A stretch of 64,000 bases of DNA from an uncultured delta proteobacterium (GTDB lineage Bacteria > Desulfobacterota > Binatia > UBA9968), in NCBI GenBank assembly GCA_963804165.1, contig CAWDPO010000003.1, positions 1-64,000 on the forward strand, written 5' to 3'. Of this stretch, positions 31,483 to 42,382 are shown piece by piece; position 1 is the first letter of the stretch, and each line of letters starts with the position of its first letter. The notes below the pieces were generated by a model. It made no database searches. It was not told the DNA's origin and was given only the letters and a program-made list of their open reading frames with translations. Made by a program: the position numbers and the translations under genes.

Positions 31483-34221
31483 ATGAATAATCATCTACCG
31501 GTGCCTTCTAACCTATCCGATCGCCACCTGGAAGTTCGGGCTAAGTGCATTCATCCGAACGGGACATTCCTCGAGTTTCCCGAAGAAGAGGTAGAACGAT
31601 CGATTGCGGAACGGTTCGAGAGTATCGCCGACCTCTATCCCGACCGCATGGCGGTAAGATCTCAAGGAAACGCAGCGACTTATGCAGAACTCAATGCGCA
31701 AGCGAATCGTGTCGCACATCATATATTAGCGAATCAACAAGCGGCTGGCGGTCCGATTGCTCTCCTCCTCGAACCGACCGATTTCGCGATCGCGGCGGTC
31801 ATCGGTGTATTAAAGGCAGGAAACATCTACGTTCCGCTCGATCCGTCCTACCCTCGTGCGAGGATCCTTTCGATCCTCGACGACTCAGGCGCCGGGATTA
31901 TCGTGACCGATGCAAAGAATATCGAACTGGCAACGACACTGGCATCGAAAAATCGCTCGTGCCTTGCCGCGGAGGAGATCGCTGCCGAACGCTATGCCGA
32001 AAACCCCCGCGTCGACGTGTCTCCCGGCGCTCCAGTGGCGATCTTCTACACGTCGGGGTCCACGGGGCAGCCGAAAGGAGTCGTCCAGAATCATCGGAGT
32101 GTGCTGCACCGCGTTATGGTCGATACCAACAACTTTCACATCAGCCGCGAGGATCGATTGTCCCTTCTCAGTTCTCCCAGCTATAGCGTTTCGTTGCGCA
32201 ATTTATTTGGCGGATTGCTTAATGGAGCCACTGTTTGTCCCTTCGATGCCTCCGGCGACGGTTTGCGCCAGCTGAAATCATGGTTGATTCGGGAATCCAT
32301 CACTGTCTACTTTTCGGTTCCCACGGTTTTCCGTCAATTTGTCGAGAATATTCGTGAGAATACCGAGTTCAGTTCCCTCAGGCTGATCTACTTAGCCGGA
32401 GAATCTTTGACGAAGGAGGATGTGAATCTTTATAAAAAGTATTTTCCTGAAGCGATTCTGGTAAACTCACTGGCTTCGAACGAAGCGGGAATATTCCGGC
32501 AATACTTCATGGATAAGAATACAGTGATATCCGAAGGCCGCATTCCAGCCGGATACGCGGTGGAGGGGAAGGAAATCATTGTCATAAGCGAAAATGGTGA
32601 GCAGGTCGGGACGGGCGACGTCGGTGAAATCTGCGTTCGGAGTCGTTATCTCTCACCGGGATACTGGAGAAACCCCGATGTGACCAAGGTCGTTTTCGAG
32701 CCCGATCCGGACGACCCGGATATGCGACTCTATCATACGGGAGACGTCGGTTACTTCTGCGAAAATGATTGTCTGATCCATCTTGGCCGCAAAGGCTCGC
32801 GCGTGAAAATCCGCGGTTCGCGAGTTGAACTGGAAGAGGTCGAAGCCGCGCTGCGTCAGGTTCCCGCTGTTCGGGACGTTGTCGTTGATACGTTGAAAGG
32901 GGATTTCGAAGCGGATCGGTTGGTTGCATATATCGTCTCGGTTCAAGGTCAAGCGCCGACCATCACGGAATTGCGTGATGAACTTAAGCGGAAGCTGCCG
33001 CCTTACATGATTCCATCCAGTTTTGTGTTTCTCGGCAGCCTTCCGCTCACGCCCAACGGAAAGATTGACCGTCAAGCGCTTCCTAAACCGGACAGCTCCC
33101 GTCCTGAGCTCAAAGCTCGATATGTTCCTCCAAGAACGGCCGACGAGGAGCAGCTCGTCGAGATTTGGTCCAAGGTTTTGTCAATCGATCCAGTAGGCGT
33201 GCAAGATAATTTTTTCGATCTGGGGGGAAATTCCTTATTTGCTACGGTTTTGGTGGGGCAAATCAACCGGGCGCTTGGAGCGAATTTGACGATATCTAGT
33301 TTCTATCAGGCGCCGACGGTAGAGCAGCTGGTGAAAGTTTTGAGTCAGGAATTGGCGACGTTCTCGTGGAGCTCGTTATTTCCTCTCCAGCTTCATGGCG
33401 TCAAAGATCCCTTTTTCTGGATTCACGGCCAGGCAAGCGACGGTGTTTTGCCGGGGTATCTCGGGGCGGATCAGCCCGTCTACGGGATGACCCATCAAAG
33501 CTCAGATGGAAGGCCGGCGCCCCATACGACGGTCGAAGCGATCGCGGCGCACTATCTCGATGAAATTCGTTCGGTACGGCCGCGGGGCCCTTATTTGCTG
33601 GGCGGTTACTGTTTCGGAGGCATCGTCGCCTATGAGATGGCCCAGCAGTTAACAAAACAAAAAGAAGTTACCTCGCTGGTCGTTCTGTTGGATCCTCCGG
33701 TGTTGAATAATTACCATGCGGGGTCCATCGACTCCCAAGCAAGTGGAGGGTGGATTCGAGCTGCTTTGAGTCGACAACTCAAAGTTCTCCAATCCAAAGA
33801 CAGAGAAGGTTTGCCGGTCAGAGCGAAGCGTGCCATCGAGCAATTCGCCACCTCGATAAAAAAACAGGCTGTAAGAATCGGCGGGAAAGTCATCATCAGA
33901 TCGTCTTTAACGTTCGGTTATCCTATCCCTCTCAAACTGCGTGGTCCGTACATACTGGAGGTTTATAGCCGCGCCATAGCGCAGTACTCTCCGAGCAAAT
34001 ATTCCGGTCGAGTGGTCCTCTTTAAGGCGGCCGACGACGATCGGGATACCCGGCACTGGGCACATCTTGCCCCGAAGGCTTTGGAGCAGCATGTCATCCC
34101 CGGTAACCACGACGACATCCTAAAGGATCCGTACGTAAAGACTTGGGCGGAAAAATTAAGGAGCTATCTCGACGAGAAATCGCCCGCCGGATCCGAAGTA
34201 GAGCCCCTGAACTTCAGCTGA
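31483..34221 (+). CDS. Stand-alone NRPS-like enzyme, A-T-TE architecture
   Basis: YTSGSTGQPKG, YHTGD, VKIRGSRVELEEVE and LPLTPNGKIDR (A); FFDLGGNSL (T); GGYCFGG and GNHDD (TE); no condensation domain. Confidence 0.92.
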   Translation: MNNHLPVPSNLSDRHLEVRAKCIHPNGTFLEFPEEEVERSIAERFESIADLYPDRMAVRSQGNAATYAELNAQANRVAHHILANQQAAGGPIALLLEPTDFAIAAVIGVLKAGNIYVPLDPSYPRARILSILDDSGAGIIVTDAKNIELATTLASKNRSCLAAEEIAAERYAENPRVDVSPGAPVAIFYTSGSTGQPKGVVQNHRSVLHRVMVDTNNFHISREDRLSLLSSPSYSVSLRNLFGGLLNGATVCPFDASGDGLRQLKSWLIRESITVYFSVPTVFRQFVENIRENTEFSSLRLIYLAGESLTKEDVNLYKKYFPEAILVNSLASNEAGIFRQYFMDKNTVISEGRIPAGYAVEGKEIIVISENGEQVGTGDVGEICVRSRYLSPGYWRNPDVTKVVFEPDPDDPDMRLYHTGDVGYFCENDCLIHLGRKGSRVKIRGSRVELEEVEAALRQVPAVRDVVVDTLKGDFEADRLVAYIVSVQGQAPTITELRDELKRKLPPYMIPSSFVFLGSLPLTPNGKIDRQALPKPDSSRPELKARYVPPRTADEEQLVEIWSKVLSIDPVGVQDNFFDLGGNSLFATVLVGQINRALGANLTISSFYQAPTVEQLVKVLSQELATFSWSSLFPLQLHGVKDPFFWIHGQASDGVLPGYLGADQPVYGMTHQSSDGRPAPHTTVEAIAAHYLDEIRSVRPRGPYLLGGYCFGGIVAYEMAQQLTKQKEVTSLVVLLDPPVLNNYHAGSIDSQASGGWIRAALSRQLKVLQSKDREGLPVRAKRAIEQFATSIKKQAVRIGGKVIIRSSLTFGYPIPLKLRGPYILEVYSRAIAQYSPSKYSGRVVLFKAADDDRDTRHWAHLAPKALEQHVIPGNHDDILKDPYVKTWAEKLRSYLDEKSPAGSEVEPLNFS

Positions 34222-34342
34222 TTCGCGGGCGGGCAGGGATTGTTTTTTGTGGGGGGGACGTCTTCATCTATGCCTTTCATGAAAATTTGACTTACACTTT
34301 GGGGTATGAACAAGTAAGCCCAAGTAGATTTAATGTCTCTAT

Positions 34343-34540
34343 CGGGATGGTTGAAATCCCTCGCCTTCAGGCGAAGTGAAAGTTCGTCATGCCGGCGAAC
34401 GCCGGCATCCAGGTTCGTTTTGCGGTTCAAGTTCCAGAACCGTCTGGATTCCGGCTTCCGCCGGAATGACGGGAACACGAGTCGACTTCCAGTCGACAAA
34501 TTCAGAACTCCTCGGCTTGGAGCCGAAAGGGTCGTTCAGT
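34343..34540. repeat. Composite non-coding element: REP-like inverted pair CGTCATGCCGGCG...CCGGAATGACG (34385-34471) between two short hairpins reminiscent of IS200/IS605 ends
   Basis: Inverted repeat read directly; flanking hairpins TCGCCTTCAGGCGA and TCGGCTTGGAGCCGA. Confidence 0.6.
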
Positions 34541-34716
34541 TTGTTTTCGGAGAAATGGAAATTGCGCCGGAGTGACCGGATGAGTATCGAGGTCGGAATC
34601 GAGTAATTCCGCTCGTGATCAGACTCTCAATCCATGAACGGTAATGCGCCACGTCCCGAAATGCGTCAGCCGGCAGCATGGCAAAGACCGACGCGCAATG
34701 GCTACGGAGGGTATTG

Positions 34717-35502
34717 ATGTCCGACAAAAACCAATCCTACGATATGTTGCTGAAGCTGGTGAAGACACGCCATAGCGTACGCAAATTCAAGCCTGATCCG
34801 ATTCCCGACGACACCATCGAAAAAATCCTGGAAGTCGCGCGCTGGGCGATGTCCGGCGCGAACTCGCAGCCTTGGGAGTTCATCGTTGTGACCGATCCGA
34901 AAATAAAGAAAGAGCTGCGCGATGCTTATTCAGAATACAATACGGACTTGATTTTTTGGATGGAGCAGCAGCGCGAGTACAGCCTGCGCCACCCCTCCTA
35001 TCAGGTCAAAAATGATCCGCACGAATCGCTCCGCTTCAACAAGGCGAAGGCGAATTGGCACGAAGCGCCGGCGGTGATCGTCGTGTTGGGCGATGGCCGG
35101 CGGCAATGGGGCACGGTCATGGGGGCGCATACTTTCGGCCGCGATCAGTCGCACTTGACCGACGGCCTGGCCAACGCTTGCTTCTTGCTGCATCTCGCGA
35201 TCGCCTCACTCGGGCTCACCTCGGAGTGGGTCTCCATCCATATCGAAGAGCCGCACAAGCGGATTCTCGGTGTGCCTGACCTGCTGAAACTTTACTTGAT
35301 CATTCCCATCGGCTACCCCGATGTTTCGAGCCGCGGCGACGGCGTGCGCCGGCCGCTAAAAGATATTGTTCACCGCGACCGTTACGATATGAGTAAGTAC
35401 ATGTCCAACGAAGATGTGATCAAGTATCTCTATTCGCTGCGCGAGGCGACCGTTCCGATCCATTCCGCGTCACGCTCGGTGATCGCGGACGACAAAAAAT
35501 AG
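34717..35502 (+). CDS. Nitroreductase family protein (copy 1)
   Basis: RHSVRKF, AMSGANSQPWEFIVV and IPIGYP; RBS GGAGG. Confidence 0.9.
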   Translation: MSDKNQSYDMLLKLVKTRHSVRKFKPDPIPDDTIEKILEVARWAMSGANSQPWEFIVVTDPKIKKELRDAYSEYNTDLIFWMEQQREYSLRHPSYQVKNDPHESLRFNKAKANWHEAPAVIVVLGDGRRQWGTVMGAHTFGRDQSHLTDGLANACFLLHLAIASLGLTSEWVSIHIEEPHKRILGVPDLLKLYLIIPIGYPDVSSRGDGVRRPLKDIVHRDRYDMSKYMSNEDVIKYLYSLREATVPIHSASRSVIADDKK

Positions 35503-35514
35503 ATGTCACTCTTC

Positions 35515-35645
35515 GCCCAAATCTCCTCTGATCCCTCCCTTCGACTACGCTCAGGGCATGCTTTTTCAAAGAGGAGAAACTTGTCTGTCAAGATCGCATC
35601 TCCCTTTAACATTAACAAAGGGAGATCAAGGGGGGATTTGCCAAC
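35515..35645. repeat. REP-like palindrome (CAAATCTCCTCTGATCCCTCC ... GGGAGATCAAGGGGGATTTG) with a nested CTTCGACTACGCTCAGGGCATG unit
   Basis: Inverted arms visible; CTCAGGGCATGCTTTTTCAAAGAGG recurs near 52161-52185. Confidence 0.6.
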
Positions 35646-35690
35646 GAGCAAAACTCTAGGACCATTTCTAGCAACTTGGACAGCATTGAT

Positions 35691-37352
35691 ATGTCTCTAG
35701 CGTCCGTCCATCCGATCACCGTCGAAGTCGTGCGTAACGGTCTGGCGCATATCGCCAACGAGATGGCCACCGTGCTGCGCAAGACTTCCTATAACATGAT
35801 GATTTACGAGGTGCGCGACTACTGCGTCGGCATCGTGGACCCGCAAGGAAATATTCTCTCGCAAAACTTCGGCGCGCTGCCGATCTTTCTCGCCGATCTC
35901 GGTCCCGCCATCGTCGACGGCGTGCGCATGCACGGCCGGGACGGCTTCAAACCCGGCGACGTACTGCTCATGAATCACCCGTACGTTTGCGGCCAGCATT
36001 TAAATAATGTCGTGGTCTACACGCCGTTCTTTCACGACGGCGAGCTGGTGGCGTTTCTCGCGGTGCGCGCGCACTGGATCGACATCGGTGGTACACGCGT
36101 CGGATTTGGTTTCAGCGGCACACGGGAGGTTTACGAAGAGGGCCTGCAGTTTCGCTCGCTGAAGCTATATCGCGGCGACCAGCCGAACCAGGATATTTTT
36201 CAGATCATCACCGACAACGTGCGCTTTGCCGAATCTTGTCTCGGCGATCTGCGCGCCCAGATCGCGGCTTGCCGTATCGGCGACCGCGGTCTGGGCGCGC
36301 TGGTGCAGCGTTACGGATTGGAAACCTTCCTGCGCTGTGTACGAACGATCTGGTATCAGTCGGAGGCGCTGGCGCGGGAACGTCTCGCGCGGATCAAGCC
36401 GGGGAAGTACGAAGCCGAAGCGCTGTTCGACAGCGATGGGGTTGATTTGAATCGGGCGGTACCGCTCAAGGTGAAAGTCGAAGTCTCCGACGGCGAGATG
36501 AGCATCGATTTTTCCGAGATCAGCGAGCAGGTGCCGGGGTCGATCAATTCAGGAGAATCCGGCGCGGTGGCGGCGGCGCGCGTTGCGTTTAAATCGCTCG
36601 TGGCGCCATATTCGCCGATCGACGAGGGCTGCTTTCGCCCGCTGAAAATAGTCATTCCACCTGGAAAAATACTGAGCGCCACGCCGCCCGCGCCGGTCGG
36701 CAACTGGAGCCGTACCTTGCCGACGGTGATCGACCTGATTCTCAAAGCCTTGGCTCCGGCGATGCCGGATAAAATCGCCGCGGGTCACAAAGGCGACATG
36801 GGCGGCTACGCATTTTTCGGCACCGATCCCAAGACGGGAAGACGATTCCTCTGCCAGACGATCATGGGTGGCGGTTGGGGCGGGCGCGCTCATGAAGACG
36901 GTGAGAACGCCACCGTATCGATGTGCCAGGGCGACGTGCAAAACGCGCCGGTGGAATTGCAAGAGATCTACTATCCCGTGCTCATTGAACAGCAGCGCTT
37001 ACGCGAAGGCAGCGGCGGCGCTGGGAAATTTCGCGGTGGCTTGGGGATCGAGATCACCGTGCGCGTGTTGTGCGACGCGTTCACGAACATCAACGTCGAG
37101 CGCCAGCGCGCCGCGCCGTGGGGGTTGTTCGACGGCGAAGACGGCGCGACGGCAAAGGCGCTGGTCAAGCAGTCGCCTGAAGATCCGGGAACATGGCTGA
37201 CCAAGAAGCCGAACTATCCGCTGAAGAAAGACGGCAGCGTTACGTTTTTTACCGCCGGCGGCGGCGGTTATGGCGTGGTGAAAGAGCGGGCGTGCGAGCT
37301 CATTGAACGGGACCGCAGGCTGGGTTACGTTTCGGAAACAGATAGGGGCTAA
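35691..37352 (+). CDS. Hydantoinase B / oxoprolinase family protein (copy 1)
   Basis: NHPYVCGQHLNN, RAHWIDIGG, SGGAGKFRGG and AGGGGYG. Confidence 0.92.
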   Translation: MSLASVHPITVEVVRNGLAHIANEMATVLRKTSYNMMIYEVRDYCVGIVDPQGNILSQNFGALPIFLADLGPAIVDGVRMHGRDGFKPGDVLLMNHPYVCGQHLNNVVVYTPFFHDGELVAFLAVRAHWIDIGGTRVGFGFSGTREVYEEGLQFRSLKLYRGDQPNQDIFQIITDNVRFAESCLGDLRAQIAACRIGDRGLGALVQRYGLETFLRCVRTIWYQSEALARERLARIKPGKYEAEALFDSDGVDLNRAVPLKVKVEVSDGEMSIDFSEISEQVPGSINSGESGAVAAARVAFKSLVAPYSPIDEGCFRPLKIVIPPGKILSATPPAPVGNWSRTLPTVIDLILKALAPAMPDKIAAGHKGDMGGYAFFGTDPKTGRRFLCQTIMGGGWGGRAHEDGENATVSMCQGDVQNAPVELQEIYYPVLIEQQRLREGSGGAGKFRGGLGIEITVRVLCDAFTNINVERQRAAPWGLFDGEDGATAKALVKQSPEDPGTWLTKKPNYPLKKDGSVTFFTAGGGGYGVVKERACELIERDRRLGYVSETDRG

Positions 37353-37435
37353 AGGTTTTTGGGCGGCGCAGCCTGTAAACGAGAGAAATAGTTTTTCACC
37401 ACAGCCTCTGCACAAGGAAGAGACCGCGTCACTGA

Positions 37436-37514
37436 GTCATCCTGAGCCGATAGGCGGATCTCGCCTTCATACGTGATGGAAGATACGAGATGCTTCGCTG
37501 CGCTCAGCATGACA
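37436..37514. repeat. REP-like palindrome GTCATCCTGAG...CTCAGCATGAC
   Basis: Related copies at 49474-49556 and 58861-58928. Confidence 0.75.
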
Positions 37515-37619
37515 CCTATGGGTTTATGTCTCATTGTAGTACGTGGCGGGAAGGATTCTCGGTTGGGCTCGAATTAAAACCGCTGACAGCGGAGCTTAGG
37601 CGCCCGCAGAAGAGTCGAG

Positions 37620-38723
37620 GTGATTATGGACGGTAAGCAAGAATTCGAAAGACGGATAGTTCGTGTGCGCGAAGCCATGCGCGACAAAGGCTTGCAAGCT
37701 TTGCTGGTTTACGATTCAGGGCGGCATAATTTTTTGCGCATGAATTATGTCGCTTATCTGACGGACTTTATCAGCGTCGGACCGGAAACGCTGGTCGTCC
37801 TTCCTTTGGAAGATGCGCCGGTGCTCTATCTCTCGCCCGTTTGGGATATACCGCGGGCGCAGGAAGAATCATGGGTGTCCGACGTTCGTCCGTTCAACCA
37901 GCTCTGGTCGCGGCTGCCGAATCTGACGGGCAAAACCGGACTCATCGGCCGGGAAGCGATGCACGTCAATTTGCACGACGAAATTACCAAATCCCTCGGA
38001 CAAACTCCGGTCAACGCCAAGGACATCATCGAGAACATGGCACGCTGCAAAAGCGATTTCGAACTCGCTCGGCTGCGGCGCGCGGCTGGGATCGCCGACG
38101 CCGGTGTTACGGCGCTTCACGAAGACGCGCATCCGGGCTTGAGAGAGTACGAACTCGCCGCGATCGTCGAATACCGCATGCGCTCGCTCGGCGCCGAGGA
38201 CAATTTCGGCATGGTCGTTGCCAACCATCATAACCAGGCGCTTCATCCCGCAACCGACCGGATCGTGCAATCGGGCGATATCATCATCGGCGAGATCACG
38301 CCGTGCATCGGTGGATTGTTCGTACAAATCTGCCGGACGATGGTGCTGGGCGAGCCGGCGCCGGCGGTCCACGAAAAATACGCCATTCTCAAAAAGGGAA
38401 TGCGACTTGGCATGGATTCGGCGAAAACCGGCGCGCCGGCGAGCGAAGTCGCCGCGGCGATCAACGGCACATTCATCGAGTCAGGCTACGAAAAATATTG
38501 CCGGCCGCCGTTCATGCGCGTGCGCGGTCATGGCCTCGGCTGCGGTTCGTTCGCGCCCGGAAGCTTGGAAGACGGCAACCAGACTAAACTCGAAGAGGGC
38601 ATGACGTTCATCATTCACCCCAATCAGTATCTTCCGGAGACCGGCTATTTAACCCTGGGTGACACGGTAGTGATGACGAAAACGAAAGCGGAATCGCTGA
38701 TGAATTCGTCATGGGATATCTAA
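37620..38723 (+). CDS. M24 (Xaa-Pro peptidase/creatinase-fold) family protein
   Basis: Creatinase-like N-domain, KSDFELARLRRAA and RGHGLG; atypical metal ligands. Confidence 0.85.
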   Translation: MIMDGKQEFERRIVRVREAMRDKGLQALLVYDSGRHNFLRMNYVAYLTDFISVGPETLVVLPLEDAPVLYLSPVWDIPRAQEESWVSDVRPFNQLWSRLPNLTGKTGLIGREAMHVNLHDEITKSLGQTPVNAKDIIENMARCKSDFELARLRRAAGIADAGVTALHEDAHPGLREYELAAIVEYRMRSLGAEDNFGMVVANHHNQALHPATDRIVQSGDIIIGEITPCIGGLFVQICRTMVLGEPAPAVHEKYAILKKGMRLGMDSAKTGAPASEVAAAINGTFIESGYEKYCRPPFMRVRGHGLGCGSFAPGSLEDGNQTKLEEGMTFIIHPNQYLPETGYLTLGDTVVMTKTKAESLMNSSWDI

Positions 38724-38752
38724 TTAAAGATTGAGACGTTATGAATTTAACA

Positions 38753-38836
38753 GCTGGAACGATTGGAACGGCTGAAACCACTGGAACTTTTTTGTTCCAA
38801 ACGTTCCACTAATTCCAAACGTTTCAAAAGGTTTCG
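38753..38836. repeat. Palindrome built from ~9-bp units (TGGAACGAT / GTTCCAAAC)
   Basis: Tandem GGAAC units face tandem GTTCC units; related to 44773-44886. Confidence 0.7.
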
Positions 38837-38855
38837 GGCGCAGCAAGGTGATTAT

Positions 38856-40017
38856 ATGATATTTGGTCGCCATTCCGTTCTGAAAAGAGGTTGTTCTACT
38901 TGGGACCCCGAGCAAGTGCCGCAAGCGGAGTTTCAGGTGCGTCTCGACGCCGTGCGCAAGGAGATGGCGCGGCGCGAATTCGACGCGCTGGTGATTTACG
39001 GCGACAATTATTCGTTCGCGGATCTTTGTTATCTTACCAATTATTTTCCCAAAGTGCGCGGCGGCATCGCGGTGGTGCCGCGCGGCGGCGCGATTTCGCT
39101 TCTGCTCAATATTGGTAGCCGCGACGTGCCGTTCGCGAAGACGTTGACTTGGGTCGAGGACGTGCGCGCGTCGAACCAAGTCGGCGCCGACGGCGCGAAA
39201 CTGCTCAAAGAAAAGGGATTGGAGAAAGCGACGATCGGCCTAATGGATTCCGGCCTCGGTTTTCCGCTGCCGCAGTTGGAAGAAATGAAGGGCGCGTTGC
39301 CGAACGTGAACTGGCAAGCTTGCGATGCGATGATCGTGCCGCAGCGTTTGGTAAAGACTGTGCGGGAGCTCGACGCGATGCGGGAAGCGGGCCGGTTGCT
39401 GCACGAGATCTGCAAAGAAGCGGAGAAATTCATCAAACCCGGAAGAAAAGAATACGAGATTGTCGCCGACATCGATCGGCTCGCGCGCGACAAGGGCGCC
39501 GAGGATATTCGTATTCTCGCAGGCGAACGGCGCTTGAATCCGCCGAGCTTCAAGCAGTCGGCAAATCTTGGCAATCACTGGGCGGTTTACTTGGCGGTGC
39601 AGCACGAACGTTATTGGGCCGAGGCGGGCCGGACTTTTATTTTGTCGGGGGATACGAAGCTGCAAGACGCCTACGGGAAAGCGCAAGAGCTCGTTGCTCA
39701 GATGGCGGGACAGCTCAAACCCGGCGGCGTGGTGGCGGCGATCGATGTGACCGCGCGCCGCGCGCTCGGAGAGTTCTACGCCACCGCATCGATCTACGGC
39801 CTCGCCAACGGCATCGGTCTCAATCAATGGGAAGCGCCGTTTTTGAATGAAAACGACGCCCGTCAAGTCGGTGCCGCGTCGGTGGGCGCGACGATTTTGA
39901 ACGAGAACATGACGCTGGCGCTGCGCGTGACGTTTGAGTCCGAAGGGAAGATTGATTTTGTTCGGCGACAGTTTCCAAGTGACGGCTAGCGGGGCGCGGT
40001 CGTTGCTCAGTGATTAA
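38856..40017 (+). CDS. Second, degenerate M24-fold protein (frameshift near 39950)
   Basis: EFQVRLDAVRKEM, VKTVRELDAMREA and NGIGL in place of HGIGL; corrected frame ends ...LLSD* at 40017. Confidence 0.8.
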
Positions 40018-40049
40018 ATGTCAGGTTCATCGGCGGGGTTCCTTCCGAT

Positions 40050-40152
40050 TCCTTCCCCCTCGATGGGGGAAGGTCAGGATGGGGGTGCTGCGCACATCAT
40101 TGCAATGGTTGGGCACCCCCACTCTAACTCTCCCCCGTCGAGGGGGAGAGAA
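40050..40152. repeat. REP-like palindrome TCCTTCCCCCTCGATGGGGGAAGG...CTCCCCCGTCGAGGGGGAG
   Basis: Related copy at 43783-43868. Confidence 0.7.
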
Positions 40153-40235
40153 TTAGAGGGATGTTCGGAAACTATCAGCGCATACGTTCGTGAAAACGGG
40201 AAGGGTAGTTTAGTTAGAGAGAATCGAAAGCCCTC

Positions 40236-42271
40236 GTGAGAATTGCGGTCGATATAGGCGGAACATTTACCGACTTGGTGGCGGTCGACGACGACGGGGA
40301 AGTGTTTCGCAGCAAATCGTTGACGACTCCGGACGATTTGGCGCGAGGCATCAACGATTGCTTGCGCGGGGCGAACGTCGACGTCGCCGGCGCGAATTCT
40401 TCGTGCACGGTTCCACGGTGACGATCAACGCCGTGATCGAGCGCAAGGGCGCGCGCACGGGATTGATCACGACCAAAGGCTTTCGCGACGTGTACGAGAT
40501 CGGCCGCGGCAATCGGCCGGAGGGCTACAATCTTTTTTTTAAGCGACCGGTTCCGTTGGTGCCGCGCGATCTGCGCCTGGAAGTAGACGAGCGGCTCTAC
40601 GCGACCGGAGAGGTGCTCAGACCGCTCGACGAAAAATCCGCGACAGCGACGATCAACGCGCTCAAGGCGGCGAGCGTGGAAAGCGTCGCGGTTTGCTTGC
40701 TGCACGCGTACGCGAATGCCGCTCATGAACAGCGCCTTGGCGAGCTTCTGCGCCAGCAGTTTCCAGCGGCCTACGTTTCGTTGTCGCATGAAATCCTGCG
40801 CGAGTTCCGCGAGTATGAGCGGACGTCGACGACGGCCTTGAACTCCTACGTCGGGCCGCTCGTCAGCCGCTATCTTGTCTCATTGGAAAAGATGCTTGGC
40901 GATGCCGGTTTCCGCGGCACGTTTCGGGTCATGCAATCCAACGGCGGCGTGATGTCGGCGGAGACGGCGAAGAAAATGCCGGTGACGATGATGGAGTCCG
41001 GGCCCGTAGCGGGGGTGATCGCGGCGGCGCATCTCGGCGAATCGCTCGACTGCCGACATATTATTTCTTTCGACATGGGCGGCACGACGGCGAAATCGAG
41101 TTTGATCAAAGATTTTCACCCCGAAGTCACGAGCAGCTATTACGTTGGCGGTTACGTTTCCGGCCATCCGATGATGTTGCCGGTGGTCGATATCGTCGAG
41201 GTGGGCAACGGCGGCGGCAGCATCGCATGGATCGATGCCGCCGGCGGACTCAAAGTCGGACCGCAGAGCGCCGGCGCCGAACCGGGGCCGGCGTGCTACG
41301 GCAAAGGCGGCACCGAGCCGACAGTGACCGATGCCAATCTCATCGCCGGACGCATCGATCCGGAATATTTTCTCGGCAGCGGCATCCGCTTGCAGCGCGA
41401 CAAAGCCGCGGAGGCGATAACGGAAAAAATCGGTAAACCCCTCGGTTTGTGTCTCGATGAAGCCGCGCTGGGAATATTGACGATCGCCAACTTCAACATG
41501 TCGCTGTCCGTTCGCGCGGTGTCGGTCGAAAAGGGCTACGATCCGCGCGACTGCGCGCTGGTGCCGAGCGGCGGCGGCGGCGCGCTGCACGCGATAGCGA
41601 TCGCACGCGAACTGTCCGTGCCGCGGGTGATCATTCCTCCTATGCCCGCCCATTTTTCCGCGCTCGGCATGTTGATAGCGGACTTGAAGCACGACTACGT
41701 GCAAACTTTCGTGCGCGAGTTGGCGGAAACAACCGGCGCGCAGATCGCCGATGCTTTCGCCGCGTTGGAAAAATCGGCGACCGATACGCTGCGCGAGGAA
41801 GGCGCCCAGGCGGAGCAGATCCTGCTGCGCCGTTTTCTCGACATGCGCTATCGCGGTCAGGAATACACCTTGCCGGTTCCGGTGACGGAGGACTTGCGCA
41901 CGCTGAACGATTTCAGCGCGATTCGCGCGCGCTTCGATCAGCTCCATCAAGAACATTACGGTCATTCGGCACCCAAGGAGCCGGTGATGATGGTGAATCT
42001 CCGTCTTTCAGCACTCGCCAGATTGGAGAATAAATTGCCGCTGTCTTCTGCATCGCGCAGCGAGGATCGCGGCGAGCGCGGGCGGCGGCCGGTGATTTTC
42101 GAGAGCAAACCGGTGGATTGTCCGATCTATCTGCGTAGCGGATTCAAAAAAGACGACCGTCTCGACGGGCCGGCGGTGATCGAAGAGGTCGGCGCGACGA
42201 TACTTGTCTACCCCGGCGATAAAATGCAGGTGAACGAGTTCGGCCACCTGGTGATCGACGTGGCGGATTGA
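40236..42271 (+). CDS. Hydantoinase A / oxoprolinase family protein (frameshift near 40398)
   Basis: VDIGGTFTD, HGSTV, ESGPVAG, FDMGGTT and GPQSAGAEPGPACYG. Confidence 0.92.
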
Positions 42272-42295
42272 ATTTCGTCGTCCGAATTACCCTTG

Positions 42296-42354
42296 GTAGG
42301 GGCAGGCCCCGTGCCTGCCGTCGTCAAAGGGCAACCACAGGGGGTTGCCCCTAC
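42296..42354. repeat. GTAG-type REP doublet (GTAGGGGCAGGCCCC...GGTTGCCCCTAC)
   Basis: Begins GTAG, ends CTAC and contains two internal hairpins. Confidence 0.75.
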
Positions 42355-42382
42355 GTTGAATCCAAACCCTATTGAAAAACCG

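Noticed and set aside
28530-40410. Programmed frameshifting in the SDR, M24b or HyuA genes
   Set aside because: No slippery heptamer with a downstream structure; the shifts fit the general indel-error pattern.
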